DNA of 64,000 nt from Octopus sinensis (GCF_006345805.1 NC_043003.1:104160001-104224000), one strand, 5' to 3'; counted from the stretch's first letter, positions 1-13,249 are shown. Notes: a model not told the origin generated them from the sequence alone. Made by a program: numbers and translations.

Positions 1-170
1 ATGCAAGGAAGTTAAAAGAGTTTATTGATATTAATTTATCCAACCAACATAATGTTAATAATAGGGATAGTAGTAGAAATAATAATAATATTAATAGCAA
101 TGGAAGTAGTAATGATGGTGGTAATAATGATCATAGCAGTAGTTATTATAAGGTTAAGAAATGTAATGAT

Positions 171-620
171 TCTTAGCTCAATACTTAATATTGACAATAG
201 ATGGAATGTAAACGTTTCAAATGAAAAATCTTTCAATAACAGACTAAACCATTCATGTAACTGTAATAATTACCTAAAGAACTTAGTGAACTAATATTCA
301 GTAATAACAGGGGAATGTACTTACTATTATATAGGTGCTTGCACAGCTAACTTCAAGTTGAGATTACATAATCACATCTCTTCATTTAGAAAAGAAGAAA
401 ACTTTATTTCTGTAAGTAAATTCATCTGAAGCCTAATATGGTATTAAATGGTTAAAATAAGTAGTGCACTACTGTATAATGATGGTGAATTAAGATGTAA
501 CTGATGCATTGAGGAGGCACTGCTTATCCTTACATCCAAATCCAACATATTAAAAAAAAGAAATGAATTAATGTTAAAATGTTCACACTTATTTCAAAGA
601 ACCATTAAATCATCCCCTAA
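171..620 (+). mobile_element. Penelope-like element, degenerate GIY-YIG endonuclease 3' region
   Basis: One frame with in-frame stops reads CNCNNY...YYIGACTANFKLRLHNHISSFRK...LKKRNELMLKCSH. This matches the PLE GIY-YIG pattern YIG...FK.R..NH.SSF...LNKRSEL..KC.H. Confidence 0.8.
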
Positions 621-1377
621 TAAATTGAGTAATGATTAAAATAATGGACTGAGTTTGCCTTCTAGGTCAAGTCTACTTAGTATATTTAATATACTTAACA
701 GAGATAGTATTTTTTATATCATCAAAATTCTATTACTTAGTCTTCAAATTTTTATTCATATTGTATTTATTATTATTGTTATTTTTGTTGTTGTTATCAT
801 TACTATTATTTAAATCTTAAAACTAGATTGTTTAATTATTTTCAATTGTCTTTAAATTGCATTTTAATTTTTTTAACTATTTAAAATTATTTTATTGTCT
901 TTTTATTTTAATTTATTCATTTTATTCTTAATTTCATTTTTAATTTATTCCTAATTCATTTTAATTTGATTTAATTTTTTCTAGCTTAAACTTTAAACTT
1001 TGAATAATTCCTCTAAGAAAAACAATCTCTTCTAAGTAGAATATATTCATTAGTAAATAATTTACTGTTTATTTCCTTTGGGATTTGCTCTAACTAACCT
1101 GTTTTCTACCAAAAGCCTAAATTTAAAATTAATGCTGATCAAATAGCATTTCATTATAAACTAAATAATATACTTTATGAACAGCTTTAGCTATATCTGC
1201 ATCTTTTTTTATATTTGTTGAGGTCAATAACAGTTTAACAGTGGTAGGAATTTTTACCATGTCATTTTAATACTACAATTAACCTTAGAATTCCTAAATA
1301 GGTCTGCTGGTACACTTGTTTTGGCTAAAAGGCGTGAAGTTTACTACTATCACCCTTAAGTTAGTTGTTCTCTGTTC

Positions 1378-1593
1378 TCTTAGCTCAACACTTAATATTG
1401 ACAATAGATGGAATGTAAATGTTTCAAATGAAAAATCTTTCAATAACAGACTAAACCATTCATGTAACTGTAATAATTACCTAAAGAACTTAGTGGACTA
1501 ATATTCAGTAATAACAGGGGAATGTACTTACTATTATATAGGTGCTTGCACAGCTAACTTCAAGTTGAGATTACATAATCACATCTCTTCATT
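1378..1593 (+). repeat. Second copy of the 216-bp Penelope segment at 171-386
   Basis: Direct comparison shows 216 bp with 3 substitutions. Confidence 0.95.
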
Positions 1594-2095
1594 CTCTATC
1601 CCTAGTGTACCTGTCACCTATCTGTCCTTGTAATCATTTGACAATGTTCCATACTACCACCTTTCTTCCTAATTTTTCAAGTCTGACTCTTAGCGTTTAC
1701 TACACTGTCAACTGTATCATTTCATGTTACTTTTGGTTTGGTTGGAACTTTGCTCCAATCACATCTGATCTAGAGCTCTCAGCAATTTTCGTAAAAATTT
1801 CATGTATGCTACAAGTTCCTAAATCTCCCTCTTTAATGTCACTTGTGTCAATTACAATTTTTCTAAATCTATTCCCAATTGCAGGATCTTTTAGTTACCA
1901 AATCTTTCTTCTCTATGTCATCTTTTTTTTGTGTCTGCCTAGCTTTGTGTCTGAAGTCACTAGTTACTAATATAGTTAGTAATTTATTTTCTGTAGTACA
2001 TTCTTCAGAAGGAAAGGTTTTGGTATTTCATCATTCATTTATTCATTCACACACTCTCTCTCTTTCTCTCCCATACACACACACACTCCCTCCCT

Positions 2096-2134
<39 letters not shown>

Positions 2135-2889
2135 TCTCCCTCTCTCCCATACACACACACTCTTCCTCTCCTCTTCGTGGACTCTGGAAGAAGCTCATCA
2201 AATGCGTATGTGTGTTTTTGTGAATGTTTATGTGTGAGTGTAAGTATATATTCCCCCTGTCTTAACATATGTGCAGTGATTGTTAACAAAAAGTCACCAT
2301 TCATACAAATGGTATCATTTGTTTACATTTCTCTTTGAAAACATGACAGGCTTGTTTGATTTTGAATAGACTAAAGGAAATATTAGCTTAGTTAAGGGTT
2401 AGCACATGAAGAACCTCCACTTAGAACACCATGTCCTTTCATATTAACAGGCAGAGTAGAGACATCCAGCTATAAAACACTTCCTCAGAAAACTCACCTA
2501 ACTCATACTATAATGGAAAAGTGGGTGTAAAATGATGATGCATGCACACACACACACAAACATGTCTAGGAGTAAATTGTCACCATTTTATATTTTTAAA
2601 TTTGTGCATGTGCATTGTTTGTTTTGATTTTGTCAACTACACAGTAGTACAGTAAACTCTTAAATCAATTTCATCATTCGTTCATTCACACACACACACA
2701 CACACACACACTCACTCTTCCTCTCCTCTTCGTCTTCCTCCTTCTATGATTCTTTCTCTTTTATTGTGTTTGTGTGTAGTGTTTTACTCATTGCCTGCCA
2801 CCTACCCTAGTATGTGCACTCAGCCTTCACCTCTTATGCTAACTCTGTATCACTCTTTTACTCTCTCCTCCTCTCTCTATATATGATGT

Positions 2890-3060
2890 AAAATACGACC
2901 GAGGAAATCAACCAACACAGTATAGTACAGTCAGTTGGGACAATCAGTGAGAAACTGTACCATGATGCAATTCCCTCTGCCAGAAATTTGGAAATGACAT
3001 ACTGTACTGCTTGGCATTCATGCCGGAAGCTTCAATATGAACATTTCAGAGTGAGAAATG
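2890..3060 (+). mobile_element. 5' fragment of a Tc1/mariner (maT-like) transposase gene
   Basis: ctgtactgcttggcatt...aacatttcagagtg is shared with the start of the maT remnant at 47571. Confidence 0.55.
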
Positions 3061-3149
3061 AGAAAAAGGCAAAATATGGGTGATAAATAGTGGTGAACAT
3101 GGTTGTAGTTAAGAGAGTGGAAGCAATATTAGTAATGAGTGACCTAGGG

Positions 3150-3460
3150 GAAGAATATTGATCTACTGAAAACTGTCCAGAGACATGCAACTGGACAAAT
3201 ACCCTCCATCAGTACCTTAGCATATCTTAGACATCTTGCTTTTCTGGGCATTGACACAGTAAAGCTTTGACACCTAGTAGCTGACTTAGTAGAAACCCAC
3301 AAGATTGTTCTCCATCTTTCCAACAGTTTGGGCCACCTTTTCAAATTCAGTATCTCTGCTAACTGTGGACATGTTTATAAAATCAAAAACCAGTTCTCGT
3401 GACTTACAGAAATATTTTTGCAGACCCCAAATTGCTGAAGCATAGAATAAACAACGTGCA
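3150..3460 (+). mobile_element. CR1/L2-like LINE, post-RT C-terminal fragment
   Basis: IDLLKTVQRHATGQIPSISTLAYLRHLAFLGIDTVKL*HLVADLVETHKIV resembles the CR1 motif LE.VQRRATK.I..L..LSY.ERL..L.L.SL..RRLR.DLIE.YKI. Confidence 0.7.
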
Positions 3461-3694
3461 TCAGTTATTAGCCCTCAAGACAGTACATTATTTAAAAATT
3501 CCATGCTTCAAGAATTTGGTTTACTCCTGATGTATTTGTGTAGCCTTTCCTTTTTAGGGCTCTTTTACTGTCCCCTTTTCTCTCTTTTTGTGTTTTATAG
3601 TATGTGCTCTGCATGTAATTTTGGCTGTCATTACAGTCTTTCTTTACTTGATTTATTACTGTTTTCTGTCTCCTCATTTAACCTTTACTTTTGT

Positions 3695-3981
3695 TGTTTT
3701 TTGTTTGTTCCTTCTCGAGCCATGCCTGGCTCATAAGGGCCGGTCTCCCGGTTTCCTTGGCGTATAGGTTCCCCACCTGGACGGGACGCCGGTCCATCGC
3801 AGGTGAGCTGCAAGATGCAGGAGGAAAGAGTCAGCAGAATTTTCGCCATTACCTTCTGCCAGAGCCGCGTGGAGCTTAGGTGTTTCGCTCATAAACACAC
3901 ACATCGTCTGGTCTGAGATTCGAACCCGCAATCCCTCGACCTACGAGTCCACTGCTCTAACCACTAGGCCATGTGCCTCCA
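3695..3981 (-). mobile_element. tRNA(Arg)-like-headed SINE, short-tail family
   Basis: Minus strand begins ggaggcacatggcctagtggttagagcag (A box) ... ggttcgaatc (B box). A second copy is at 32003-32299. It may correspond to a described octopus OR-type SINE; not verified. Confidence 0.85.
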
Positions 3982-4055
3982 CATTTAACCTTTACTGATG
4001 AATTGTAGTGCACCTGAATACTGTATAAGATTAGCAAATTATTGTTGTTGTTGAT

Positions 4056-4408
4056 GCTGTTGAGTGAACAGTCTTCGTCCCAGAGCTCGCAAGATGGGCG
4101 AAGTCCGAAACATGGTCCGCAGAAGAGAAAGCAGGTCAACCCCTGACACCGAGAGCATCGGCGGATGGATGAATGTGCATCCAGGCTCAGCGGTTGCGTA
4201 GGAAGTCGGGGACAAGAAACAGGAAGAAAGAGTGAGAGAAAGTTGGAGCGAAAGAGTACAACAGGGGTCGCTACCACCCCCTACCGGAGCCTCGTAGAGC
4301 TTTAGGTGTTTTCGCACAATAAACACACACAACGCCCGGTCTGGGAATCGAAACCGCGATCCTCCGACCGCGAGTCCGCTGCTCTAACCATTGGGCCATT
4401 GCGCCTCC
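4056..4408 (-). mobile_element. tRNA(Arg)-like-headed SINE, long-tail family, flanked by (CAA)n
   Basis: Head ggaggcgcaatggcccaatggttagagcagcggactcgcggtcggaggatcgcggtttcgattcc. Other copies at 23703, 29205, 42568 and (partial) 22665. Confidence 0.9.
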
Positions 4409-4427
4409 TGTTGTTGTTGTTGTTGTT

Positions 4428-4637
4428 GCAGTGAGCTGGCAGAACTGTTTGCACACCAGACAAAATCCTTAGAGGCATTTTGTCTGTCTTTACTTTCTTG
4501 GTGCAAATTCCACCCAGATCGATTTTACCTTTCATCCTTTTGAGATCAATAAAATGAGTCCCAATTGAGCTCTGGGGTTGCTGTAATTAACTACCCCCAC
4601 CAAAAAAATTTCCGGCCTTATGCCTATAGTAGAAAAG

Positions 4638-4687
<50 letters not shown>

Positions 4688-4815
4688 GGCGGTGAGCTGG
4701 CAGAATTGTTTGTGCATTGGATGAAATGCTTAGTGGTATTTCGCCCGTCACTACGTTCTGAGTTCAAATTGCCTTTAATCCAAATTCAGGCCCTGTGCCT
4801 ATAGTGGAAAGTATT
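4428..4815 (+). mobile_element. Two tandem copies of the gagctggcagaa-headed SINE separated by (TTA)n
   Basis: Shared head gagctggcagaa, core cctttcatcctt...gatcaataaaatgagt, and tail gcctatagtagaaa(a)gattattatt. The second copy is internally deleted. Confidence 0.8.
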
Positions 4816-4967
4816 ATCATTGTTGTTGTTGTTGTCATACAAAAGAAGTATGAAGGATTAATGTTGGTGAAGGAGAGTGCAAGTAATTGAGAATCAGGAC
4901 AGTAATGAGGGAATGCATTAAATACCAACAAATCTAATCCAGTGCAATCCCTCATTACTCAGAGGCA

Positions 4968-5308
4968 CTCTTTTATCTCTTTTACTCTTTTACTTGTTTC
5001 AGTCATTTGACTGTGGCCATGCTGGAGCACTGCCTTTAGTCGAGAAAATCGACCCCAGGACTTATTCTTTGTAAGCCTAGTACTTATTCTATCGGTCTCT
5101 TTTGCCAAACCGCTAAGTGACAGGGACATAAACACACCAGCATCAAGCAATGCTAGAGGGACAAACACAGGCACACAAACATATACACACACACACACAC
5201 ACACACATACATATATATATATACGACAGGCTTCTTTCAATTTCCGTCTACCAAATCCACTCACAAGGCTTTGGTCGGCCCGAGGCTATAGTAGAAGACA
5301 CTTGCCCA
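4968..5308 (-). mobile_element. Bipartite SINE (head, internal (TA)/(TG) tract, tail); head truncated
   Basis: Matches copies at 9114, 12620, 15414, 33887 and 51709. Confidence 0.9.
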
Positions 5309-5660
5309 GTGCAGGATTTATGCATGGACAAATCTAAAGTTCTCCCTCTTTTCACAAGCTGCATAGGGCAATAGACAGGAAAGGGGTCTGATAGTTAAGA
5401 AGGTATCAAATAAGCAAGAGGAGCAGTAGACAAAACTTAATCAGTGAGGGAGAGTGAACAGGAGTTAGTGGTGGTGGTGGTGATGGGGTGAAGAGGAGAG
5501 GAGTGCAAGCAATACATGCATACATAAACACACATTCTATGAGTGTACGAGAAACTGAAGGCTTTTAACTGTAACGTAAAATTAAAATGCTTTCTCAAAA
5601 TACCCACACTGCCTACAGTAGCATGGAACTGCTACTAAATGCTGCTTGAGTGTTTGATAT

Positions 5661-5710
<50 letters not shown>

Positions 5711-5799
5711 TTTGTATGCATCCTCCGAAGTTTATTCCACAAATTCTTTCTGCTAACAGATATACTCTGTTTTAGCAACAACACATCGTTTCAAATTTT

Positions 5800-6675
5800 G
5801 GCACAAGGCCAGTAATGTTTTAGGTAGAAGGGAGTTAGTCAGTTTATGTCAACCCTGGTAATCAACTGGTTCTTTGTTTTATTGACCCCCAAAAGTGTGA
5901 AAAGCAAAGTTAACCTAAGTGGAATTTGAACTCAGAATGTAAAGATGAATGAAATGTGACTAAGCATTTTGTCCTGTGTGCTAACAATTCTGCTTGCTCG
6001 CTTGAGTGATGAAATAGACAAATGAATAAAGGAGATTGGAATAAAGTATCCTGTAGAATAAAGTATCCTACAGATTGGTCTCTGAAGAACAGGGAAGATC
6101 TCATCAGAAGGATTTTGAGCACTTGATGGCTTATCGAAATCACGTTAATATTTAAGGTTACCAGTAGTAACCCACTACCCACATAAATTCTGCCAGAAAT
6201 TAAGGTGTCATGATAATAATGTCATAATTCTTTCCACTAAAAGCACAAGGCCTTGAAATTTTGGAAGAGGGGACTGGTTGATTGCATCAACCCTTGTAGT
6301 TGACAGGTACTTATTTTATTGACCCTGAAAGGCTGAAAGGTAAGGTCAGCCTCAGAGTTTGAACTCAGATGTTAAAGAGCCAGAAGAAAACCCACAAAGC
6401 ATTTTGTCCTATATACTAACAATTCTACCTGCTCTCCACCTCAATAATAATAATAATGATCCTTTCTACTAAAGGCACAAGGCCTGAAATTTTGGGGGAG
6501 GGGATCATCAATTATATCCACCACCCCCTAGTACACAATTGGTATGTATTTCATTGACCCCAAAAGGATGAAAGACAAAGTTGATTTAGTGCGATTTGAA
6601 TTCAGAATGTAGCGACAGGTGAAATACCACCAAGCATTTCACCTGGTGTGCAAAAGATTCAGCCAGCTCTCTACC

Positions 6676-6711
<36 letters not shown>

Positions 6712-6940
6712 GTAGTAGTAGTAATAATGATAGTCCTTTCTACAATAAGCACAAGGAGGGGGAAGGGATAGTCAATTACATTGATTTCAGTGCTCAGTTG
6801 GTACTTATTTTATTGACCCTGAAAGGATGAAAGTCAAAGTTGACTTCAGCAGAATTTGAACTCAGAATGTAAAAATGGATAAAATGCTTAGCAACATTTT
6901 GTCTAGCTGCTAATGATTCAGTCTGCTTGCTGCCTTAATA
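5800..6940 (-). mobile_element. Chain of four head-to-tail SINE copies (gagctggcagaa family), mostly separated by (TAA)-rich tracts
   Basis: Repeated gacccc..aaaggatgaaag..aaagt...atttgaactcagaatgt blocks at about 5800, 6230, 6465 and 6735. Confidence 0.75.
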
Positions 6941-7659
6941 ATAGTAATAATAATAATAATAATCATAATGATGTTGATGATGGTTTCTTTATTAACCAAA
7001 AATGTTGACATTATGATCAATAATACAATAATAACACTAACAACATTTTTTCCAGAAAATATCAAATTAGCAAAGTTAATAGCATGTCATAATGAAACCT
7101 CCTGTGACAGAATGCCAAAATTACATAAAAACCACAAGAAATACAATAATGGAATGTCAGAAATAAATTTATGAGATTTTTCAAGATATTCTATCTTTTC
7201 ATTAGGATTAATATAACTGAGGCTCGGAAAGGCTTGTGTGGTCTCTATCAAATGAAAAAAAGAAAAAAAAGAAGAGCTAAAACTGCATTAGGGTAAAATT
7301 TTACACTATTTGCATAATGGTGTAATAAGAGTCATAGTTAAAAAAAACCAAAAATCAACTGAAAGAATAAGGAAGGAAAGATAAAATAATATAATAAAGA
7401 GAATAGATACAGCTCAAATGATAGCATACAGTTGAAAGGAAAGAATATAAGATGGAAAGAAGGATTATCACGTGGAAGAACATAATAGAGTTCATTTCTT
7501 TGTGTGTGTGTGTGTGTGTGTTTGTCTTTGTGTGTGTGGCCCTGAATGCAAAGGGCTTGTGAAGGCTAGAAAGGAATGAAATGCTTTGCTGGATGTACAC
7601 TGTCAGTGTACATGTGTGACAGAGCACGAGTGTATTAAAAGAAAAGTTAGGCATAAGAG

Positions 7660-7830
7660 TAATTAGATACAGTGTGCAGGAAAGAAAATTGCATTGGTTT
7701 GGTCTTTTGATCCATAAGCATGAAAACAGTTGCATAAAGAAGTATCAATTACTTAAAGTGGATGGAACTTGTGGAAGAAGGAGACCTGGGAAGATATGGG
7801 GTGGAGTATTAAAGGATGTTCTCAAAAGCT
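7660..7830 (+). mobile_element. RTE-clade LINE C-terminal fragment
   Basis: QERKLHWFG...SCIKK...VDGTCGRRRPGKIWGGVLKD resembles the RTE motif RRLRW.GH....EG...RGRP.KTW...V..D. Confidence 0.75.
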
Positions 7831-9113
7831 TCCTCACCCAAACCACTTCTCAGCTTTCTCTGATCCAGAAGCTTCCATTTGATCCTCTATAGCATACCCT
7901 CTTCTTTTTAACACCATACAAGAGGTGCAACATTACATCTACATATGTCCTTTAAAAGAAGAGAGTATGCCATGCAGGATGAAATGGAAGCTCCCAGAAC
8001 AACTTGGACTTTACGTCAGTGAGAGCAGATGATGCAAACTCAGCTTGATCCAGGAGCTGTCTTGAACTCCAAAAGTGAAATGCTTAGTTGGCACCCTCAT
8101 GAGAGGAAATTCATGTTGAAGACCTGGAATTCCTCACTTTCTAACAAGTGAATAAAAATATGCTAACCCTTTTTGGACGCAACTGGAAACAATCAGAGGG
8201 AGATAACTCAATCTTGCCCAGAAGGGATGTTAGTAGATATTCATTTCAGGGGTTTTTTCACCATCCTGACTGACCAAGACTGTATTCCTGCCTCCAGTTG
8301 TAGAGAAATTATGTGCCTCTGGTCAGCCAATCCAATAAGTCACCTATATCACTAAGAGCATAATAGGTGTAAAACCAATGGTAACTCTTTGACTGGCCAT
8401 AAAAAATAACTACATGAAATATATATATATGTATGTGTGTATGTATGAATGTACGTACGCATGTATGGTTATAATCTAAGCAGTGTACTCTTGAAGAACA
8501 TCTGCTTATTTCAGTACTCCATAGCTGTATTGAGATATTATATTTATGTGTGGTATGCATAAGAATTGAAAAATACTGGAAAATATTCATTAAAGTTGAA
8601 GATTGGAAAAAATTCTTGGCATTGTTGATTACATTTATATATATTTATCTATACATACACACATACACACACATACATACATACGTACAAACAATTTTTA
8701 GGGAAAGAATCCAATTTGTAAAGACTAAAGATTGTAATAAATACACACTAAATTAATTTGTAATAATTATCTAATCAAAAACAAAATTATTTTAATATCA
8801 AGGTTAAACCTATATATACTGTTGGAGGTTAAAATACTGCTGGAAGGAATGGTAAGATATAATTGGAAGGAAGAATAGATTTGGAAGAATAAAAAGCAAT
8901 ACTTTGATTGTTGGGCACCATAGGAAATAAAACACTGGGTTACCCCTAAGTACCTGTGTATGAATTTGCATATGGTTGACTACATGTATATTTCCTGCAT
9001 ATCTGTACAAAACTATCTCCCTATATATATATATATGTCTACAATACACACACACACACATATATAGGTATACACACATACACATATATAAGTATATATA
9101 TTTATATATATAT

Positions 9114-9512
9114 ATAGGCGCAGGAGTGGCTGTGTGGTAAGTAGCTTGCTAACCAACCACATGGTTCCGAGTTCAGTCCCACTGCGTGGGATCTTGGGCA
9201 AGTGTCTTCTGCTATAGCCCTGGGCCGACCAATGCCTTGTGAGTGGATTTGGTAGACGGAAACTTAAAGAAGCCTGTCGTATATATGTATATATATATAT
9301 GTATGTGTGTGTGTGTTTGTCCCCCTAGCATTGCTTGACAACTGATGTTGGTGTGTTTACGTCCCCGTCACTTAGCGGTTTGGCAAAAGAGACTGATAGA
9401 ATAAGTACTGGGCTTACAAAGAATAAGTCCCGTGGTCGATTTGCTCGACTAAAGGCGGTGCTCCAGCATGGCCGCAGTCAAATGACTGAAACAAGTAAAA
9501 AAGAAAAAGAGA
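9114..9512 (+). mobile_element. Full-length bipartite SINE
   Basis: ataggcgcaggagtggctgtgtggtaag...ggttccgagttcagtccc head, internal TA/TG tract, and tail ending gactgaaacaagtaaaa. Confidence 0.9.
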
Positions 9513-9527
9513 ATATATACAAATATA

Positions 9528-9744
9528 TGAGGGGGTGCTGAAAAGTTCCTGGCTTTAAGGCCATTGCAAAAGGCTTGGTTGGGTGCCCAACCTTCCGAGT
9601 TCTTATACAGGGCTTTGAAAAATTGAAGGATTGCTGCAAGAGGTGTGGGAATATAAGAGGTAAATATGTTGAATAAAATCATAATTAACTGATCCTTGTG
9701 TATTTTCTTTTATTCAAAGCCAGAAACTTTTCAGCCCACCTTTG
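9528..9744 (+). mobile_element. Internally deleted mariner derivative (MITE)
   Basis: Imperfect ~29-bp TIRs (tgagggggtgctgaaaagttcctggcttt / aaagccagaaacttttcagcccacctttg) with TA on both sides. The interior retains a transposase-like end, EKLKDCCKRCGNIRGKYVE*. Confidence 0.75.
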
Positions 9745-10384
9745 TATACATACACACACACACACATACACATAATTATATACATGCATTTATGCATGTA
9801 ACTGCTTACAGTTGTTACATATGCATATAGCTGTCTTGCTGTATCTGCTACATATGTGGAAAATCGGTGTGTGTTTGGTTGTGGCATTGTTAGTTAACTC
9901 CTACATCGTTTTATTGATCTTGATGAAACTTGACAAATCACATTGTTTTTCTTTTTTCAAATAGTTTGTCACCCTTTTGTATCACAAATATATCCACAAC
10001 ATTGCACTTATTTGTATATCCTATCTTACATCAGATATTTTCAATTATGGAAAGATAGATATGACATTGTGTGAGTTTGCATGCAGTTATGAAACTGCTT
10101 GTCCTCATTACAATATTTGAGCACTTTCAGGATTCCATACGGAATAGATAGAATCTTCAATTTCTGTTCTTCCATTTCATAATATGCATGTGACTTGTTA
10201 ATAAATGGGTTCATACAATATAGAAGTATGCTTGTTATGTATGTGAGTATGTAGATATGTATTATGTATGTGCATGTGACTTATTAACAGCAGCATTTAT
10301 AATTTTTACATATCTAAGGATTTCTTTATATGTGCTTGTATTTATATAAGTATGCATATGTATGTGTGTATATATGTTATATCA

Positions 10385-10620
10385 TCATTTAACGTCTGTT
10401 GTCCATGCTGGCATGGGTTGGACGGTTTGATCAGAGCTAGCAAGCTGGAGAGCTACATCAGACTCCAGTTTGATTTGACATGGTTTCTACACTTTACAGA
10501 GTGTGCTACATGCTTTTATGTGGCACTGCACAGGTGCTTTTACGTGGCATGGCACCACACAGGCACCATATGGGTGCTTTTACGTGACGTTGCATGGGCA
10601 GGATATTTTAACATTTTTCA
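10385..10620 (-). mobile_element. RTE-type 3' end / SINE with (GAT)n tail
   Basis: catcatttaacgtctgttgtccatgctggcatggg... is the reverse complement of the family tail seen at 18400-18610. Confidence 0.75.
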
Positions 10621-11644
10621 TACATGCATTTCTTTTTATAGCTTGGCACCAAATACTATCATCAGTCTCTTATAGCTTTTCTACTTCTCTCTACATCTCA
10701 TAGAGTAGAAATATATACATACACATATACATTTATACATACACACACACACACACACATGCATACACACACACATGCGCACATGCACACATCTAATCTA
10801 GAACAGTCTAGTGGTGGTCTGCTCTTGGCTAGGCCCTATACATGTAAACCTCCAGCCCTCTCTATATGACCTAGGAGACCTAGGAGGGCCTGTGCCTTCC
10901 ATTGCTGCTGTTAAGTAGATTACTGGAACTTTGGCTACCATGGTTTGACGTGGGATGAATACTGGAATGGTTTCCTGTTGCCTTCTCCAGGCAGTTGGGA
11001 TTTGAACTCAGAACATAAAGTGCTGGTTGATATACTGTAAAGCATTTCTGCTGAGGTGCCAATGTTTCTGCCACTTTCCCACTCATAGAGCAATGTGAAA
11101 AGAAGTGTTTTGCTTAAGAACACCTTGTGCTCCCTGGTTCAAAAATTGAACCCACAATCTAGCGATTGTGAGTGCTATAACTTAATCATTTGTCAAATAA
11201 AGTGATATTGTCTGCAAAAATTAGAAATTGGACAAACAAAAAATCAATATTCAAGGTAATCGAACATAAACAATGAAATGGATCTTTTCCCTTGAGTGTT
11301 TAAAAAAATATTGTGCAGATGCTATGGGTTATTTCCCTTGGGTGTTTAAAAAAAATTAGTTATATGAGGTAGATATAAAGATCCCTTCCAGGGGGCGTAT
11401 TATCGATTTTTTTTGACCAAGTATGTCACGAGGTTTCCAGACATGAGTTCTACTCACATGTCAAGTTTCATCAAAATCAATAAAACAATGTAGGGGGAGT
11501 TAGCTAACAACACCACAAACAAACACACACCTATTTTCCACATATGTAATAGATATATATATAATGACTACTGGAAATAGTTGAATGTTAAATTTACTAC
11601 AATAAAAAAATATGCATTGACTATTATTTATGCACATTATATAT

Positions 11645-11885
11645 CATCATCATCATCGTTTAACGTCCATTTTCCATACTGGCATTGGTTGGATGGTTTG
11701 ACTGGGGTTTGGGAAGTCAGGAGGCTGCACCAGGCCCCAGTCTGATCCGGCAGTGTTTCTACAGCTATATTCCCTTCCTAATGCCAACCACTCTGAGAGT
11801 GCAGTGAGTGCTTTTTACATGCCACCGGCACGGGCCAGAGGAGCTGGCATCGACCACGATCAGATGGTGCTTTTTACGTGCCTCC
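11645..11885 (-). mobile_element. RTE-type 3' end with (GAT)n tail
   Basis: Reverse complement of the family tail, including ccttcctaatgccaaccactctgagagt. Confidence 0.85.
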
Positions 11886-12619
11886 CTTCATATCTAAAAA
11901 GTTCATTCTAAATTGAAGTGATACCAGAACTATAGTCATGCTGTATTTTAATGCAAAATCTACTGATATGTACTCTGAGGTTTTATGAAACCTCATCTAG
12001 AATATACTTTAAGATGGTCAATCTAATACGTGAATCCTCATCCTCCGTTCACTTCACTCACCCACCCACCCCCATAGGTAAAACTTTGAACAAAGCTGCA
12101 TGGAAATGTCTGCCTTTGATAATTATGTGCTGCAACTGAATCTACTAAATACACATAAATGCTACATCTAAAGACATAAGAGCACTTATCCAGCAGACAC
12201 ACATGTCAGATTGGAATTTAAAGAGAATAATACTGTAATAAATAAATTTTGAAGATATATAATTCTCCATTCTTCTTCATGATCTCTTATACAAACAGAC
12301 AGACAGGTACAGATACATATACACATATATTCACACTTATATAGTGTATCTTAAGAGTATGACTGCTACTGTTAGGTCTAGAATTCCACATGAATTATCA
12401 TCGTCTAGTCTACTCCTGATACAGTAGTTAAGCAACTACTATACTTTGTAGTATTACTAGTTACGGCACAATGAGTACCAATAGGAGAAAGTAGGCTAGA
12501 CACTAGTTCATATTATTAGTTCATTTGTACGTGTCATCATTGTGGTTGTTTGGAGCTCTACATTAGATGTTTTAAGCTCAGTTGCATACTGAGCTTATAT
12601 ATATATATATATATATATT

Positions 12620-12982
12620 TTTTTACTTGTTTCAGTCATTTGACTGTGGCCATGCTGAAGCACTGCCTTTAGTCGAGGAAATCGACCCCGGGACTTATTC
12701 TTTGTAAGCCCAGTACTTATTCTATTGGTCTCTTTTGCCGAACCGCTAAGTGACGGGGACATGAACACACCAGCATCGGTTGTCAAGCAATGCTAGGGGG
12801 ACAAACACACACACACATACATATATATATATACGACAGGCTTCTTTCAGTTTCCGTCTACCAAATCCACTCACAAGGCATTGGTCGGCCCGGGGCTATA
12901 GTAGAAGACACTTGCCCAAGATGCCACGCAGTGGGACTGAACCCGGAACCATGTGGTTGGTTAGCAAGCTACTTACCACACA
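12620..12982 (-). mobile_element. Bipartite SINE copy
   Basis: High similarity to the reverse complement of 9114-9512. Confidence 0.9.
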
Positions 12983-13249
12983 TATATATTAGATTAGCCG
13001 GTGTTTATTCAAAGCAATGAATAGCTTTGCAGAAACCATGGCATACTTTGCTTTCTGACTTTTTAATCATCTCATAATAATGACTTTTATTACTACCTCA
13101 GTCCATCGAAATGTATATATCTGTTGTTACCTTTCATAAAAAGCCTTTTCTGTTTTTATTTACAATGTGCATTTTCGTTGATTTTTCTTCCCCTTACATT
13201 TCCACGTGTATTTTATATTTTCTTTTTGTAACATATTTCTACTATATAT

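Noticed and set aside
1000-1330. Possible inverted Penelope RT fragment (DMVK-FYP-like)
   Set aside because: It needs multiple indels to align, and no second motif could be confirmed.
4330-4408. tRNA-Arg gene (also 3900-3981, 23703, 29500, 32003, 42840)
   Set aside because: These are A/B-box heads without a complete acceptor stem, each continuing into a shared SINE body.
11240-11560. Possible Helentron/DINE-like element
   Set aside because: Only a general resemblance. No terminal hairpin, subterminal repeats or second copy could be shown.
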